Shown here one piece after another: positions 10,283-18,988 of a DNA stretch of 64,000 bases. The notes under the pieces are model-generated. The model ran no database searches. It saw only the letters and a program-made list of their open reading frames with translations, and had not been told where the DNA came from. Source of the stretch: Bacteroidales bacterium (GTDB lineage: Bacteria; Bacteroidota; Bacteroidia; Bacteroidales; FEN-979); assembly GCA_017882335.1 (NCBI GenBank), contig JADGPR010000008.1:2268-66267 (forward strand), in the 5' to 3' direction. The translations under genes were made by a program, and so were the position numbers. Numbering within the stretch: position 1 is the first letter of the stretch; each line of letters begins with the position of its first letter.

Positions 10283-11239
10283 ATGAAGGAATATACTAAT
10301 ACAGGATCAAAAGATACCCGCTCGGGATTCGGGGAAGCCTTACTGGAACTTGGAAAACAGAACCCGGACGTGGTGGCACTTTGTGCCGACCTTACCGGTT
10401 CAATGAAAATGGATGCCTTTGCAAAAGCATTTCCTGAACGGTTTTTCCAGGTTGGCATTGCCGAAGCAAATATGATGAGCATAGCAGCCGGAATGACGAT
10501 AGGAGGGAAGATTCCCTTTACGGGTACGTTTGCCAACTTCTCAACAGGTAGGGTTTATGACCAGATCCGCCAATCCATCGCCTATTCCGAAAAGAATGTG
10601 AAGATCTGTGCCTCCCATGCCGGTGTTACACTGGGTGAGGACGGCGCCACACACCAGATCCTGGAAGATATCGGACTGATGAAGATGCTTCCGGGAATGA
10701 CTGTGATCAATACCTGCGATTTCAACCAGACAAAGGCCGCAACCCTTGCCATCGCCAAACATATTGGCCCGGTTTACCTGCGTTTTGGCAGGCCGAAGGT
10801 TCCGAATTTTACGCCTGCTGATTCGGAATTTGAGATAGGGAAAGCCATCCTGCTGAATGAAGGAACCGATGTTTCAATTTTCGCTACAGGGCACCTGGTA
10901 TGGAAAGCGCTGGAAGCAGGTAAAATCCTGGAAAAAAATGGGATTCACGCCGAGATCATCAACATCCATACTATCAAACCTCTGGATTGTGAGGCCATAC
11001 TTGCATCCGTGTCAAAAACCGGTTGCGTTGTCACCGCTGAAGAACACATGATGAACGGCGGATTGGGTGATAGCATTGCTCAGTTACTCATTCGGGAAAA
11101 CCCCTTACCCATGGAAATGATTGCCGTGAATGATCAGTTCGGTCAGAGTGGGAAACCGGAAGAACTCCTGGTAAAATACGGACTTGAAGCAGCAAACATC
11201 GTAAAGGCTGTTCAGAAAGTCATGTCAAGAAAAAAATAG
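10283..11239 (+). CDS. Transketolase, C-terminal (pyrimidine-binding) subunit
   Basis: ADLTGS, GIAEANM, GEDGATHQ, GPVYLRFGR, EEH..GGLG. Confidence 0.93.
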   Translation: MKEYTNTGSKDTRSGFGEALLELGKQNPDVVALCADLTGSMKMDAFAKAFPERFFQVGIAEANMMSIAAGMTIGGKIPFTGTFANFSTGRVYDQIRQSIAYSEKNVKICASHAGVTLGEDGATHQILEDIGLMKMLPGMTVINTCDFNQTKAATLAIAKHIGPVYLRFGRPKVPNFTPADSEFEIGKAILLNEGTDVSIFATGHLVWKALEAGKILEKNGIHAEIINIHTIKPLDCEAILASVSKTGCVVTAEEHMMNGGLGDSIAQLLIRENPLPMEMIAVNDQFGQSGKPEELLVKYGLEAANIVKAVQKVMSRKK

Positions 11240-11273
11240 AAACCGGACGGGAATCCCTGCATCCTGTCCACTG

Positions 11274-13253
11274 TTATATTGGAATATGCCTGCCACCATT
11301 GTTTTCTCCGTTCCTCGTCAATAACTGGGGTGCCTCTTTGTCGATAAAGAGAGGTACTGTTTCGATGGTGACGTTACTGGTATCCAATCCCAATGACCTT
11401 ACTTCGGTTATCCCAAAGCGTTTCAGGATGGAATAGAGATCCATGATGAACTGTTCACGTGGGGGGAAATCAAAATCATAATTCTGGATACGGTCGATCA
11501 GTACAAAGCGGAAGTCGCTCGGGATATCGAACTTACGCAATGAATCATACCGGCTGATCAGGTTGATCTCATTGTTCCTGCTCATCTCCTCGATAACCTG
11601 CCTAAAAAACAGGTTGATCCTCGGCTGTACCTTGAACCCGATCTTGAAATCGATCTTAAATAGCACATCAGGGATTAGGTGAGTGACACGGTATTCGAGC
11701 ACATGCGGCTCATCCAGGATATCGACATGGAGGAGCCAGTAAACATCGGCTCGCTTCGGTTGCTTACTTAGGATGGAATAAATAACCTTCGATTCAACAT
11801 CGCTGGATTTATTGGCCTTGGTCAGGAATACCAGATTCGTGGCATATTTCGGAATGGATTCGTCTTTGCTGATGGCGGTGATGACTTCATAATAATTTTC
11901 GATCTTAATGAATTCGATGAAACTGTTCTTGATCTTCCTTCCGCTGAACCAGACATACATGACCACGAACAGGAATCCACCCAAGAGAACCGTAAACCAA
12001 CCTCCATGTACAAATTTATTCAGATTGGCAACCAGGAATGAACCTTCAATGGTAAGGTACACGCAAAGTAACAGGAAAATGAGATAAACCGGGATCTTAC
12101 GGTAATAAAGATAAGTGCTGAGAAGAATGGTGGTCATCAGCATGGTGACCGTAATGGATAATCCATAAGCGGCCTCCATGTTTGAGGAGCGCTGGAAGTA
12201 CAGAACGACGAAAAAGCAGCAGGCATAAAGCAGCCAGTTGATGCTGGAAATGTACATCTGCCCTTTGATATTCGTCGGGTAGTTGATCTTGATCTTTGGC
12301 CAGAAATTCAGTTGAATGGCTTCGCTGATCAGGGTATATGAACCACTGATGAGCGCCTGGCTGGCTATGACAGCTGCGAGGGTTGAAATGATAATGCCGG
12401 TAACCAGGAACCAGGAGGGCATGATAGAGAAGAAAGGGTTGGTCCACTCATATACCTGGTCGGTATGGTTCAATATCCATGCTCCCTGCCCCAGGTAATT
12501 CAGTATAAGAGCTGATTTTACATAGATCCAGGTGATCCGGATGTTCTTCAGTCCGCAATGTCCCAGGTCGGAATACAAAGCTTCAGCCCCGGTGGTACAC
12601 AAGAATACCGCTCCAAGCAAGACAAACCCGTGTGGTGATTTTGTGAGAAAAAGATAGGCGTATTTTGGATCCAATGCCTTGATGATCGACGGGTATTGCA
12701 GGATCTGGATCACGCCAAGCGTTCCCAGCATAAAAAACCACAGGAACATGATCGGGCCAAACGATTCGCCAACCGCTTTGGTCCCGAATTTCTGGATAAA
12801 AAACAATAGTGTGATGATAATAAGTGCAATGGGAACCACGGGTATTCTCGGGTTGATGTTGATCAGGCCTTCCACTGCAGAAACAATAGTAATGGAAGGT
12901 GTGATCACGCCATCGGCCAGCAGGAAGCATCCCCCGATGATGGCAAAAACAAATGCCCATTTTGCTCTTTTACGGATCAGGGCGAACAGGGAGAAAATCC
13001 CGCCTTCCCCTTTATTGTCGGCCCGCAGAGTGATGATGATGTACTTAACAGTGGTCTGCAACGTCAGGGTCCAGAAGATACAAGACAATCCTCCCAGGAT
13101 GAAATTTGTACTGATGGTGTCGGCACCATAAATGATGGCCTTCATCACATACAATGGGGAAGTACCTATATCACCGTAAACGATACCCAGTGTAATCAGC
13201 AAACCGGCTGCGGATACAGTTGAAATATGGCTTTTGTGCATTAACCTTCTCAT
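11274..13253 (-). CDS. kup: KUP/HAK/KT potassium uptake permease
   Basis: GIVYGDIGTSPLY, ADNKGEGG, DGVITPSI, TGAEALYSDLGH, AAYG; ATGA-coupled to the upstream dedA gene. Confidence 0.95.
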   Translation of the reverse strand: MRRLMHKSHISTVSAAGLLITLGIVYGDIGTSPLYVMKAIIYGADTISTNFILGGLSCIFWTLTLQTTVKYIIITLRADNKGEGGIFSLFALIRKRAKWAFVFAIIGGCFLLADGVITPSITIVSAVEGLININPRIPVVPIALIIITLLFFIQKFGTKAVGESFGPIMFLWFFMLGTLGVIQILQYPSIIKALDPKYAYLFLTKSPHGFVLLGAVFLCTTGAEALYSDLGHCGLKNIRITWIYVKSALILNYLGQGAWILNHTDQVYEWTNPFFSIMPSWFLVTGIIISTLAAVIASQALISGSYTLISEAIQLNFWPKIKINYPTNIKGQMYISSINWLLYACCFFVVLYFQRSSNMEAAYGLSITVTMLMTTILLSTYLYYRKIPVYLIFLLLCVYLTIEGSFLVANLNKFVHGGWFTVLLGGFLFVVMYVWFSGRKIKNSFIEFIKIENYYEVITAISKDESIPKYATNLVFLTKANKSSDVESKVIYSILSKQPKRADVYWLLHVDILDEPHVLEYRVTHLIPDVLFKIDFKIGFKVQPRINLFFRQVIEEMSRNNEINLISRYDSLRKFDIPSDFRFVLIDRIQNYDFDFPPREQFIMDLYSILKRFGITEVRSLGLDTSNVTIETVPLFIDKEAPQLLTRNGENNGGRHIPI

Positions 13254-13915
13254 TCCTGTGTTTGTGTTTTTTTGCGTTCTGCAATATTTTTGATCACAGT
13301 AATGACCACGGGGAGAAGCGAAATGATGATGATCCCCAGTATAACGAGTGTGAAATTATTTTTGACATAGGGGAGATTCCCAAAGAAATATCCTCCGAAC
13401 GCAAACAGGTTGACCCAAATGATGTTCCCGATGATGCTGAACGAAAAGAACCGCATGTATTTCATGGTCCCGACTCCGGCAACAAAAGGTGCAAAGGTAC
13501 GTATGAATGGCATGAACCGGGCAATAATCAATGCCTTTCCTCCATGCTTCTCATAAAATGCATGCGTCTTGATCAGGTATTTCTTTTTTATCAGTCTATA
13601 GTTTTTATCATACACTTTCATCCCCAGGAACCGGCCAATGAAATAATTGGTGTTATCTCCGGAAAAAGCAGCTGTTATGAGCAGGAAAACAATAATCACG
13701 ATATTCAGCGGATGGGATTCTTTGGCAGCAAATGCCCCGGCAGCAAAAAGCAACGAATCTCCAGGAAGAAATGGAGTTACCACAAGCCCGGTCTCACAAA
13801 AGATGATGAGGAAAAGGATCAGGTAGGTCCAGTTCTGATAATTATGAATCCATCCTTCCATAATGATATCAATGTGGAGGACAAAATAAATCAGTTCATT
13901 TATCAGATTCATCAT
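13250..13915 (-). CDS. dedA: DedA family membrane protein
   Basis: ETGLVVTPFLPGDSLLFAAG, GDNTNY, ARFMPFIRTFAPFVAG. Confidence 0.92.
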   Translation of the reverse strand: MMNLINELIYFVLHIDIIMEGWIHNYQNWTYLILFLIIFCETGLVVTPFLPGDSLLFAAGAFAAKESHPLNIVIIVFLLITAAFSGDNTNYFIGRFLGMKVYDKNYRLIKKKYLIKTHAFYEKHGGKALIIARFMPFIRTFAPFVAGVGTMKYMRFFSFSIIGNIIWVNLFAFGGYFFGNLPYVKNNFTLVILGIIIISLLPVVITVIKNIAERKKTQTQE

Positions 13916-13943
13916 CCTGTTGTGGGTTTCCTGAAAAAACGTG

Positions 13944-13951
13944 CAAAGTTA
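13944..13951 (-). promoter_or_regulatory. Bacteroidetes sigma-A -7 element for dedA-kup
   Basis: TAACTTTG (TAnnTTTG) about 28 nt upstream of the dedA start. Confidence 0.6.
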
Positions 13952-13998
13952 CACTTTTAATTAAGTTCATATTCCAATGGGGAAAAAGAAGTTTTTAC

Positions 13999-14124
13999 CT
14001 ATATTTTATGATGAATGGATGGCTGTCCGAATCGCTTGGCAACTTTGCCCAATATTTTGGCAGCAACCAATATGATCAGCAAACTAAAGATCAGGGGCAA
14101 CTGGAAGTTTATCTGTTGAAACAT
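13999..14124 (-). pseudogene. 41-aa ORF resembling the N-terminus of a CPA2 cation:proton antiporter (remnant or small protein)
   Basis: Hand translation: MFQQINFQLPLIFSLLIILVAAKILGKVAKRFGQPSIHHKI*; below the ORF-track cutoff. Confidence 0.55.
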
Positions 14125-14226
14125 GGACAGTGAGGCGTCAGGAAATTTAGGATAAAATTAATTCTTTTTATTCAAACCACTTTTAAAACCCTTATTTTTG
14201 TCGGGAAACAAAAAAACCACCGTAAA

Positions 14227-14874
14227 ATGCCTTCCAGCCATCATAACCAGCTGAATGAGATCGTCGAACTGATCATTGAAGCCAATCCAGGAAAACTCCT
14301 GGATATCGGAATCGGGTTTGGAAAGTATGGCTTCCTTTCACGTGAATACCTCGAACTCTGGGATCCGGATGCGGTTTATGGTTCACACAAACGGCAAATC
14401 GATGGAATCGAAGCCTTTGAACCTTACCTGACACCGCTTCACCGGCTCATCTACGACCGCATCTTCACGGGTGATGCAAAGGAAATATTGCCTGAATTAA
14501 ACGATCGTTACGACCTCATCCTGATGATCGATGTTTTTGAACATTTTACATATGAAAATGGGCTGAAGGTGCTTGAAGAATGCATGCGGTGCGGAAGAAA
14601 TATCCTGATCTCGGTTCCCAGGGTGATGTCGGTGCAAGATGAGGTCTATGGCAATCCATACGAAACCCACCGCTACAATTGGAAAAGGAGAGATTTTTCC
14701 GGCATCCCGGATAAATTCTTTCTTTACAATGCCGAATCAACAATCTGTTTCATCGGGGAAGACAGCCAACGCATCTGCGGGATCCTGAAAAAAAGAAAAC
14801 ACAGAAGAATCCTGATCCGGATATTGGAACTGACAGGACTCAAAAAACCATTGAAATACATATTTAAACATTAG
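14227..14874 (+). CDS. Class I SAM-dependent methyltransferase
   Basis: LLDIGIGFGKYG motif I, DGIE, YDLILMIDVFEH; TATTTTTG promoter at 14193-14200. Confidence 0.85.
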   Translation: MPSSHHNQLNEIVELIIEANPGKLLDIGIGFGKYGFLSREYLELWDPDAVYGSHKRQIDGIEAFEPYLTPLHRLIYDRIFTGDAKEILPELNDRYDLILMIDVFEHFTYENGLKVLEECMRCGRNILISVPRVMSVQDEVYGNPYETHRYNWKRRDFSGIPDKFFLYNAESTICFIGEDSQRICGILKKRKHRRILIRILELTGLKKPLKYIFKH

Positions 14875-15061
14875 AAGTCCTCCTGTTCACCTCCTTTTTA
14901 TTCTTATATGCGCCTGGGCCTATCCGGCAGAATTCAATTGTATCATTTCGAAGAAAAAGCCTGTCTGAAAAGTTATTTTTGGGTAGCTTTTTTTCGCATA
15001 GCTCAAGCAACATATTATTTTGATATATTTGTTAAATATTAATCAGAACAATAACAAAAAA

Positions 15062-15451
15062 ATGAAAATACAAATACGATCAGGATTTTATTTCCTTTTA
15101 CCAATTGCCTCTCTCATCTTCTTTTTGTTACTTATTCCCCCGGGATGTAAGAACTATAACGAAGTGGATCTATATCCTCCCTGTGATACGGTCAATGTGA
15201 CCTATTCTGGTGACATACAGCCGATTATTTTTGCCAACTGTTTACCCTGTCATAGCGTTGCGAATAAATTTGGCGGAGTGATACTGGCTGTTTTGGACAG
15301 TGCCAGGATACCGGCCAGGAACGGCCTGTTACTGAAAGCCGTCACACACGATCCTGGTGTGATTCCGATGCCGAAAGGTGGAGGTAAACTATCCGATTGC
15401 GATATTGCGAAAATCAGGCGCTGGATTGCCCTTGACGAACCTGCAAAATAG
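15062..15451 (+). CDS. Small monoheme c-type cytochrome, probably a lipoprotein
   Basis: Hydrophobic leader ending PPGC; heme motif CLPCH; distal PMP Met; LSDCDIAKIRRWI terminal helix. Confidence 0.75.
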   Translation: MKIQIRSGFYFLLPIASLIFFLLLIPPGCKNYNEVDLYPPCDTVNVTYSGDIQPIIFANCLPCHSVANKFGGVILAVLDSARIPARNGLLLKAVTHDPGVIPMPKGGGKLSDCDIAKIRRWIALDEPAK

Positions 15452-15502
15452 GTCAGATTTTCAGGTGAAAGAAATCAGTAATCATCCATCAAGATATCAC
15501 AT

Positions 15503-16387
15503 ATGAAAATATTTTTACTATCATTCTGTTTAATAAATTCCTGGATTCTCTGTTCGCAGACAACAGATACTTTAAGGCATAAACGGTCAGGATCAACAAT
15601 TTATACAGAAGAAACATTCAAATCTTCAAGGGTTATCCTTGGACAATCTATTGAAACACCACCTAACGGTGCATTAACAATCCTGATTTCCCACCATTTT
15701 GGGGCATTAAACACCGGGGCTTACGAGTTATTTGGACTTGACCAGGCCAGTACAAGAATTGGACTCGAATACGGGATTAATGATTTCATAGGGGTTGGAA
15801 TCGGCAGAAGCACATACCGCAAAACCTTTGATGGTTATCTGAAATTCAGGGTACTGCGCCAGAGCAAGGGAAAAAGAAACATGCCGCTGTCCATTTCTGT
15901 TTTTGGGAACATGGCAGTCAATACGCTTAAACTGAGTGATCCCAAGGAAAAAGACTATTTTGATGCCAGGTTGTCCTATTGTACTGAACTGATATTGGCC
16001 CGGAAATTCGGTAAGGTTTTTTCACTTCAGATTGCATCGACGTGGGTACACAAGAACCTTGTTGCCACACCGGAGGACCATAATAACCTGTTTTCAATCG
16101 GTACCGGGATCAGTTTCAGAATCTCGGATGTGATCTCCCTGAATGGTGAGTATCATTACCTGATCTCTGGCCAGCATTTGAGTGAAGTGACCAACTCTGT
16201 TTCCATCAGTTGTGATATCAAAACCGGTCAGCATGTTTTCCAACTGTTCTTGACAAATTCACAGGGTAACTTTGAGCAGGCGTTTATTACAGAGACTGCA
16301 GGAAAATGGTATAACGGGGATATTTATTTTGGGTTTAATATTCACCGCCTCTTTACCCTAAAATATCCCAAGGTACAGAAAAAATAA
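15503..16387 (+). CDS. DUF5777-like outer-membrane beta-barrel protein
   Basis: TFKSSRVI..QS, ISHHFG, FGLDQA, TGQHVFQLFLTNS, GFNIHRLF, recalled as typical of this family. Confidence 0.75.
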   Translation: MKIFLLSFCLINSWILCSQTTDTLRHKRSGSTIYTEETFKSSRVILGQSIETPPNGALTILISHHFGALNTGAYELFGLDQASTRIGLEYGINDFIGVGIGRSTYRKTFDGYLKFRVLRQSKGKRNMPLSISVFGNMAVNTLKLSDPKEKDYFDARLSYCTELILARKFGKVFSLQIASTWVHKNLVATPEDHNNLFSIGTGISFRISDVISLNGEYHYLISGQHLSEVTNSVSISCDIKTGQHVFQLFLTNSQGNFEQAFITETAGKWYNGDIYFGFNIHRLFTLKYPKVQKK

Positions 16388-16428
16388 AAATTTCCTCAAA
16401 TCTAATTTTCAGCAGGTTCTCCCGTGGT

Positions 16429-17130
16429 TCATACCTGTGGTGGCTGCCCTACCACGATCCTGAAATTAAAAAACGGATGCTGTAATGTGGTCATAATACG
16501 AACCCATATTGGAAGCATCTGCTCGGTTCCCCGTGCAGTCGTGATGTCGCCAAGGTCAAGTATATTTTCATCTTTCCACCCAAAGGTGATCAATAACCCC
16601 CGGATTTTTAATTTTGCTTCAGTGTCATTGCCACCCAGGAAAACGGTATGATCTCCCGGAACCAGTGAAGGGTTGACCATCAGGTAAGCATTCATGGTTT
16701 GCAGGCTCTTTACCACCTTTGTTTCAGGAAATGCGCGCTGGATTTGTTCTCCCAATGAATCAGTATTGCTGACCGACAAGCTTGGAGGCATTCCCTTGGA
16801 AAAATCCAGGGGATTGGAAACATCGAGAAGTATCTTGTTCTTCATGTTTTCCTTCCCTGCCTGTTCAAGGGCATTGAGGGAACCCATGCCATTGGTGGCA
16901 TTGACGATGAATTCGCCGAAGATTGCTGCATCTGCGAATGTGGCAATTTTAATATTTGCATGACCTGAATACCATTCGCCGAAAGCGGGTCGGCCAAACA
17001 TATCTTTTCCCGTCGTTGCAAGCGCTTTTTTAACATCGCGTGTTCCCATGGTAACATCATGTTCCAGCGCTGCCAATTTTTCTGCAATAGTCTGCCCGAC
17101 CACACCTGTACCTAATACTGCTATTTTCAT
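16429..17130 (-). CDS. NADPH-dependent F420 reductase-like (F420_oxidored) oxidoreductase
   Basis: IAVLGTGVVG Rossmann motif, DVSNPL, SLGEQIQ, VVKS, DLGDITTARGTE. Confidence 0.85.
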   Translation of the reverse strand: MKIAVLGTGVVGQTIAEKLAALEHDVTMGTRDVKKALATTGKDMFGRPAFGEWYSGHANIKIATFADAAIFGEFIVNATNGMGSLNALEQAGKENMKNKILLDVSNPLDFSKGMPPSLSVSNTDSLGEQIQRAFPETKVVKSLQTMNAYLMVNPSLVPGDHTVFLGGNDTEAKLKIRGLLITFGWKDENILDLGDITTARGTEQMLPIWVRIMTTLQHPFFNFRIVVGQPPQV

Positions 17131-17398
17131 ATTTCTTGGGTTTTATATGATAAAAATTATTGATTTTAAGTTTTCACAAATATACCTTTAATAGGAGGTT
17201 TTGTCAATGAATTTTATTCGTAATACTCAACCTGATTCCCTTTTAAAGTTTTGATAACTTTTATTCATAATATTTTATGGATTTATGATTGTTTTCTGTT
17301 TTATTTTTAACAGGTTCTAAAAAGATTAACTATTTTTACCATTATTAAACATTAATTAAAAGAATTACACACTTTATGTATAACTAAAAACAAAACTT

Positions 17399-18235
17399 AT
17401 GAAAAAGATTTACTTAATGGTATTGGCTATCTGCATGATGGCGGGTACTCTAAATGCCCAAAAAGCTTACATTCGCCTGGGTGTTGGCGGTGGTGTCGGA
17501 CTCAAACAATATGAGGGTACCACGTGGGCCGATGAAACCCATACGAGTACCACCGATAATTTTGTGATTAAATCTATGGGATTGGGCAGTGGTTTTAATG
17601 CAAATCTGGCTTTCGGTTTCATGCTATCAAATTATGTTGGAATTGAGCTTGGTGTAAATGAATTCATTGGGCTTGGCAACAAAATTCATAGCTCCTCAAC
17701 CACCAGCGGTTTTGATTTATCTTCGGATTCAAAACTTTCGGGGATGATGTTACAGATCGTTCCGGCTATTATTATTACTCCCGGGCTCGAAAAGGTCAAT
17801 CCTTATGCAAGGTTAGGAATGAGCGTTGGCATCCTTCCGTCGGTTGTTATGAATGACAATTCAACTACTACCGGTGGTGAGTCATTAAAAGCCACATCCA
17901 GTTCTGAAACTACAATAAAACTTTCTGGTGGTATTGCGCTTGGTTTCACCGCGGCTGGTGGGATTGATTTTAATTTGAGCGAGAGACTGACATTTTTTGG
18001 TGAATTTGTTTTCAATGGGATCACCTATGCACCGGCAAAAGGGAAATTTACGAAATGTATAATTGACGAGGTTGATAAGTTACCAACGCTGACAACCAGG
18101 GATAAAGAATGGACCTTTGAAAAGAAATATGACACCGATGAACTTATTCCGGAGGGTAGCCCAGATAAAAAACCGAAAATGTCAGTCAATTTCAGTAATG
18201 TTGAACTGAATATTGGAATAAAATTCAAATTATAA
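17399..18235 (+). CDS. Outer-membrane beta-barrel protein
   Basis: Signal peptide ending LNA-Q; alternating amphipathic strands; C-terminal IGIKFKL. Confidence 0.75.
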   Translation: MKKIYLMVLAICMMAGTLNAQKAYIRLGVGGGVGLKQYEGTTWADETHTSTTDNFVIKSMGLGSGFNANLAFGFMLSNYVGIELGVNEFIGLGNKIHSSSTTSGFDLSSDSKLSGMMLQIVPAIIITPGLEKVNPYARLGMSVGILPSVVMNDNSTTTGGESLKATSSSETTIKLSGGIALGFTAAGGIDFNLSERLTFFGEFVFNGITYAPAKGKFTKCIIDEVDKLPTLTTRDKEWTFEKKYDTDELIPEGSPDKKPKMSVNFSNVELNIGIKFKL

Positions 18236-18286
18236 GTCCACTCCAAAAAGTCGGAGCGATCAGACTAATTAATGTCCGTCTATAAT

Positions 18287-18332
18287 TCCCCCATCTTATT
18301 AATAATCGTAAGATTTTTGATGAGGTGGGGGA
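18287..18332 (+). terminator. Long hairpin with GTAA loop between the OMP gene and tRNA (terminator or stabiliser)
   Basis: CCCCCATCTTATTAATAATC-GTAA-GATTTTTGATGAGGTGGGGG; about 20 bp with G-U pairs that form on the + strand. No strong U-tract. Confidence 0.5.
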
Positions 18333-18379
18333 TATTGATACAACGAGCTGTCTCCCGACAACCCGTAATTCATAATTCG

Positions 18380-18399
18380 CCTGCCTGCCGGTAGGCAAG
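18380..18399. repeat. 20-bp palindrome variant CCTGCCTGCCGGTAGGCAAG inside a CGTAATT heptamer array
   Basis: Two mismatches to CCTGCCTGCCGGCAGGCAGG; removing it restores cgtaatt-cataatt-cgtaatt-cgtaatt. Confidence 0.85.
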
Positions 18400-18419
18400 T
18401 AATTCGTAATTAATTTTCG

Positions 18420-18493
18420 TGACCCCGGCGGGATTCGAACCCACGACCCACAGCTTAGAAGGCTGTTGCTCTATCCAGCTGAGCTACGGGGCC
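18420..18493 (-). tRNA. tRNA-Arg (anticodon TCT), CCA not encoded
   Basis: GGCCCCG-TA-GCTC-AGCTGGATA-GAGC-A-ACAGC-CTTCTAA-GCTGT-GGGTC-GTGGG-TTCGAAT-CCCGC-CGGGGTC-A folds as a full cloverleaf. Confidence 0.97.
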
Positions 18494-18722
18494 AATTCTT
18501 AATAAACTCTCTTCCAATTCCACTTTTCAGATATATTTCTCTTTTCCTTTCTTCTGTTCGGGTAGAGAATGATTCAGTAAACAGTACTTTCCATGGTTTA
18601 TAGAACCGGGTGGATTTGGTTTTTCCATTATTATGTTCTTTGATCCGACGTTCCAGATCAATTGTCATACCAATATATACTCTCTTATAAGTTTCACTTT
18701 CCAAGACATAGACGATGTACAT
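18471..18722 (-). CDS. Small stand-alone GIY-YIG nuclease (UPF0213-like); 3' end runs into the tRNA
   Basis: YIVYVL..YIGMT..LERRIKEHN..REIYLKSG; last codons (WPRSSAG*) are tRNA sequence and the stop TAG is in the D-loop. Confidence 0.9.
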   Translation of the reverse strand: MYIVYVLESETYKRVYIGMTIDLERRIKEHNNGKTKSTRFYKPWKVLFTESFSTRTEERKREIYLKSGIGREFIKNWPRSSAG

Positions 18723-18731
18723 AAGCAATAA

Positions 18732-18790
18732 TTAGAAGGCTGTTGCTCCCTGCCTGCCGGCAGGCAGGGATCCAGCTGAGCTACGAGGCC
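18732..18790 (-). pseudogene. Duplicated 5' half of tRNA-Arg with a palindrome inserted in the D-loop
   Basis: GGCCTCGTAGCTCAGCTGGAT-[CCCTGCCTGCCGGCAGGCAGG]-GAGCAACAGCCTTCTAA; identity ends exactly at the end of the anticodon loop. Confidence 0.9.
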
Positions 18791-18802
18791 TGATCTGGGC
18801 TG

Positions 18803-18810
18803 CAAAATTA
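18803..18810 (-). promoter_or_regulatory. -7 promoter element driving tRNA half / GIY-YIG / tRNA
   Basis: TAATTTTG about 12 nt upstream of the tRNA fragment's first G. Confidence 0.65.
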
Positions 18811-18988
18811 GAAAAATTTAAGTTACTAACAAGGATAGCTGCTATTGCTGAAAATTCTAATTTTGTAACAAGGAATGAAAAAGGTACCCTGCAATGCCGG
18901 AATAAGCAACAGCTTATCTACTGCTGACTGTGAATTTAAGTAAGTTTAATATTTATCGAATGCGTTTACCTTTTAAATCTTTATTGAC

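Noticed and set aside
13220-13960. Long antisense ORFs (also 22419-23021, 51355-52119, 9009-9662)
   Set aside because: They shadow well-supported genes on the opposite strand and have no recognisable motifs.
16429-17130. Evidence of F420 metabolism
   Set aside because: This oxidoreductase family is widespread in organisms without F420, and no cof/fbi genes are in the window.
15000-18420. Integrative island at the tRNA 3' end (region looks somewhat AT-richer)
   Set aside because: No integrase and no duplicated tRNA 3' end found by eye.
18494-18731. Group I intron with a homing endonuclease in tRNA-Arg
   Set aside because: Only 9 non-coding nt are present, leaving no room for a ribozyme core, and the downstream part is a complete tRNA rather than a 3' exon.
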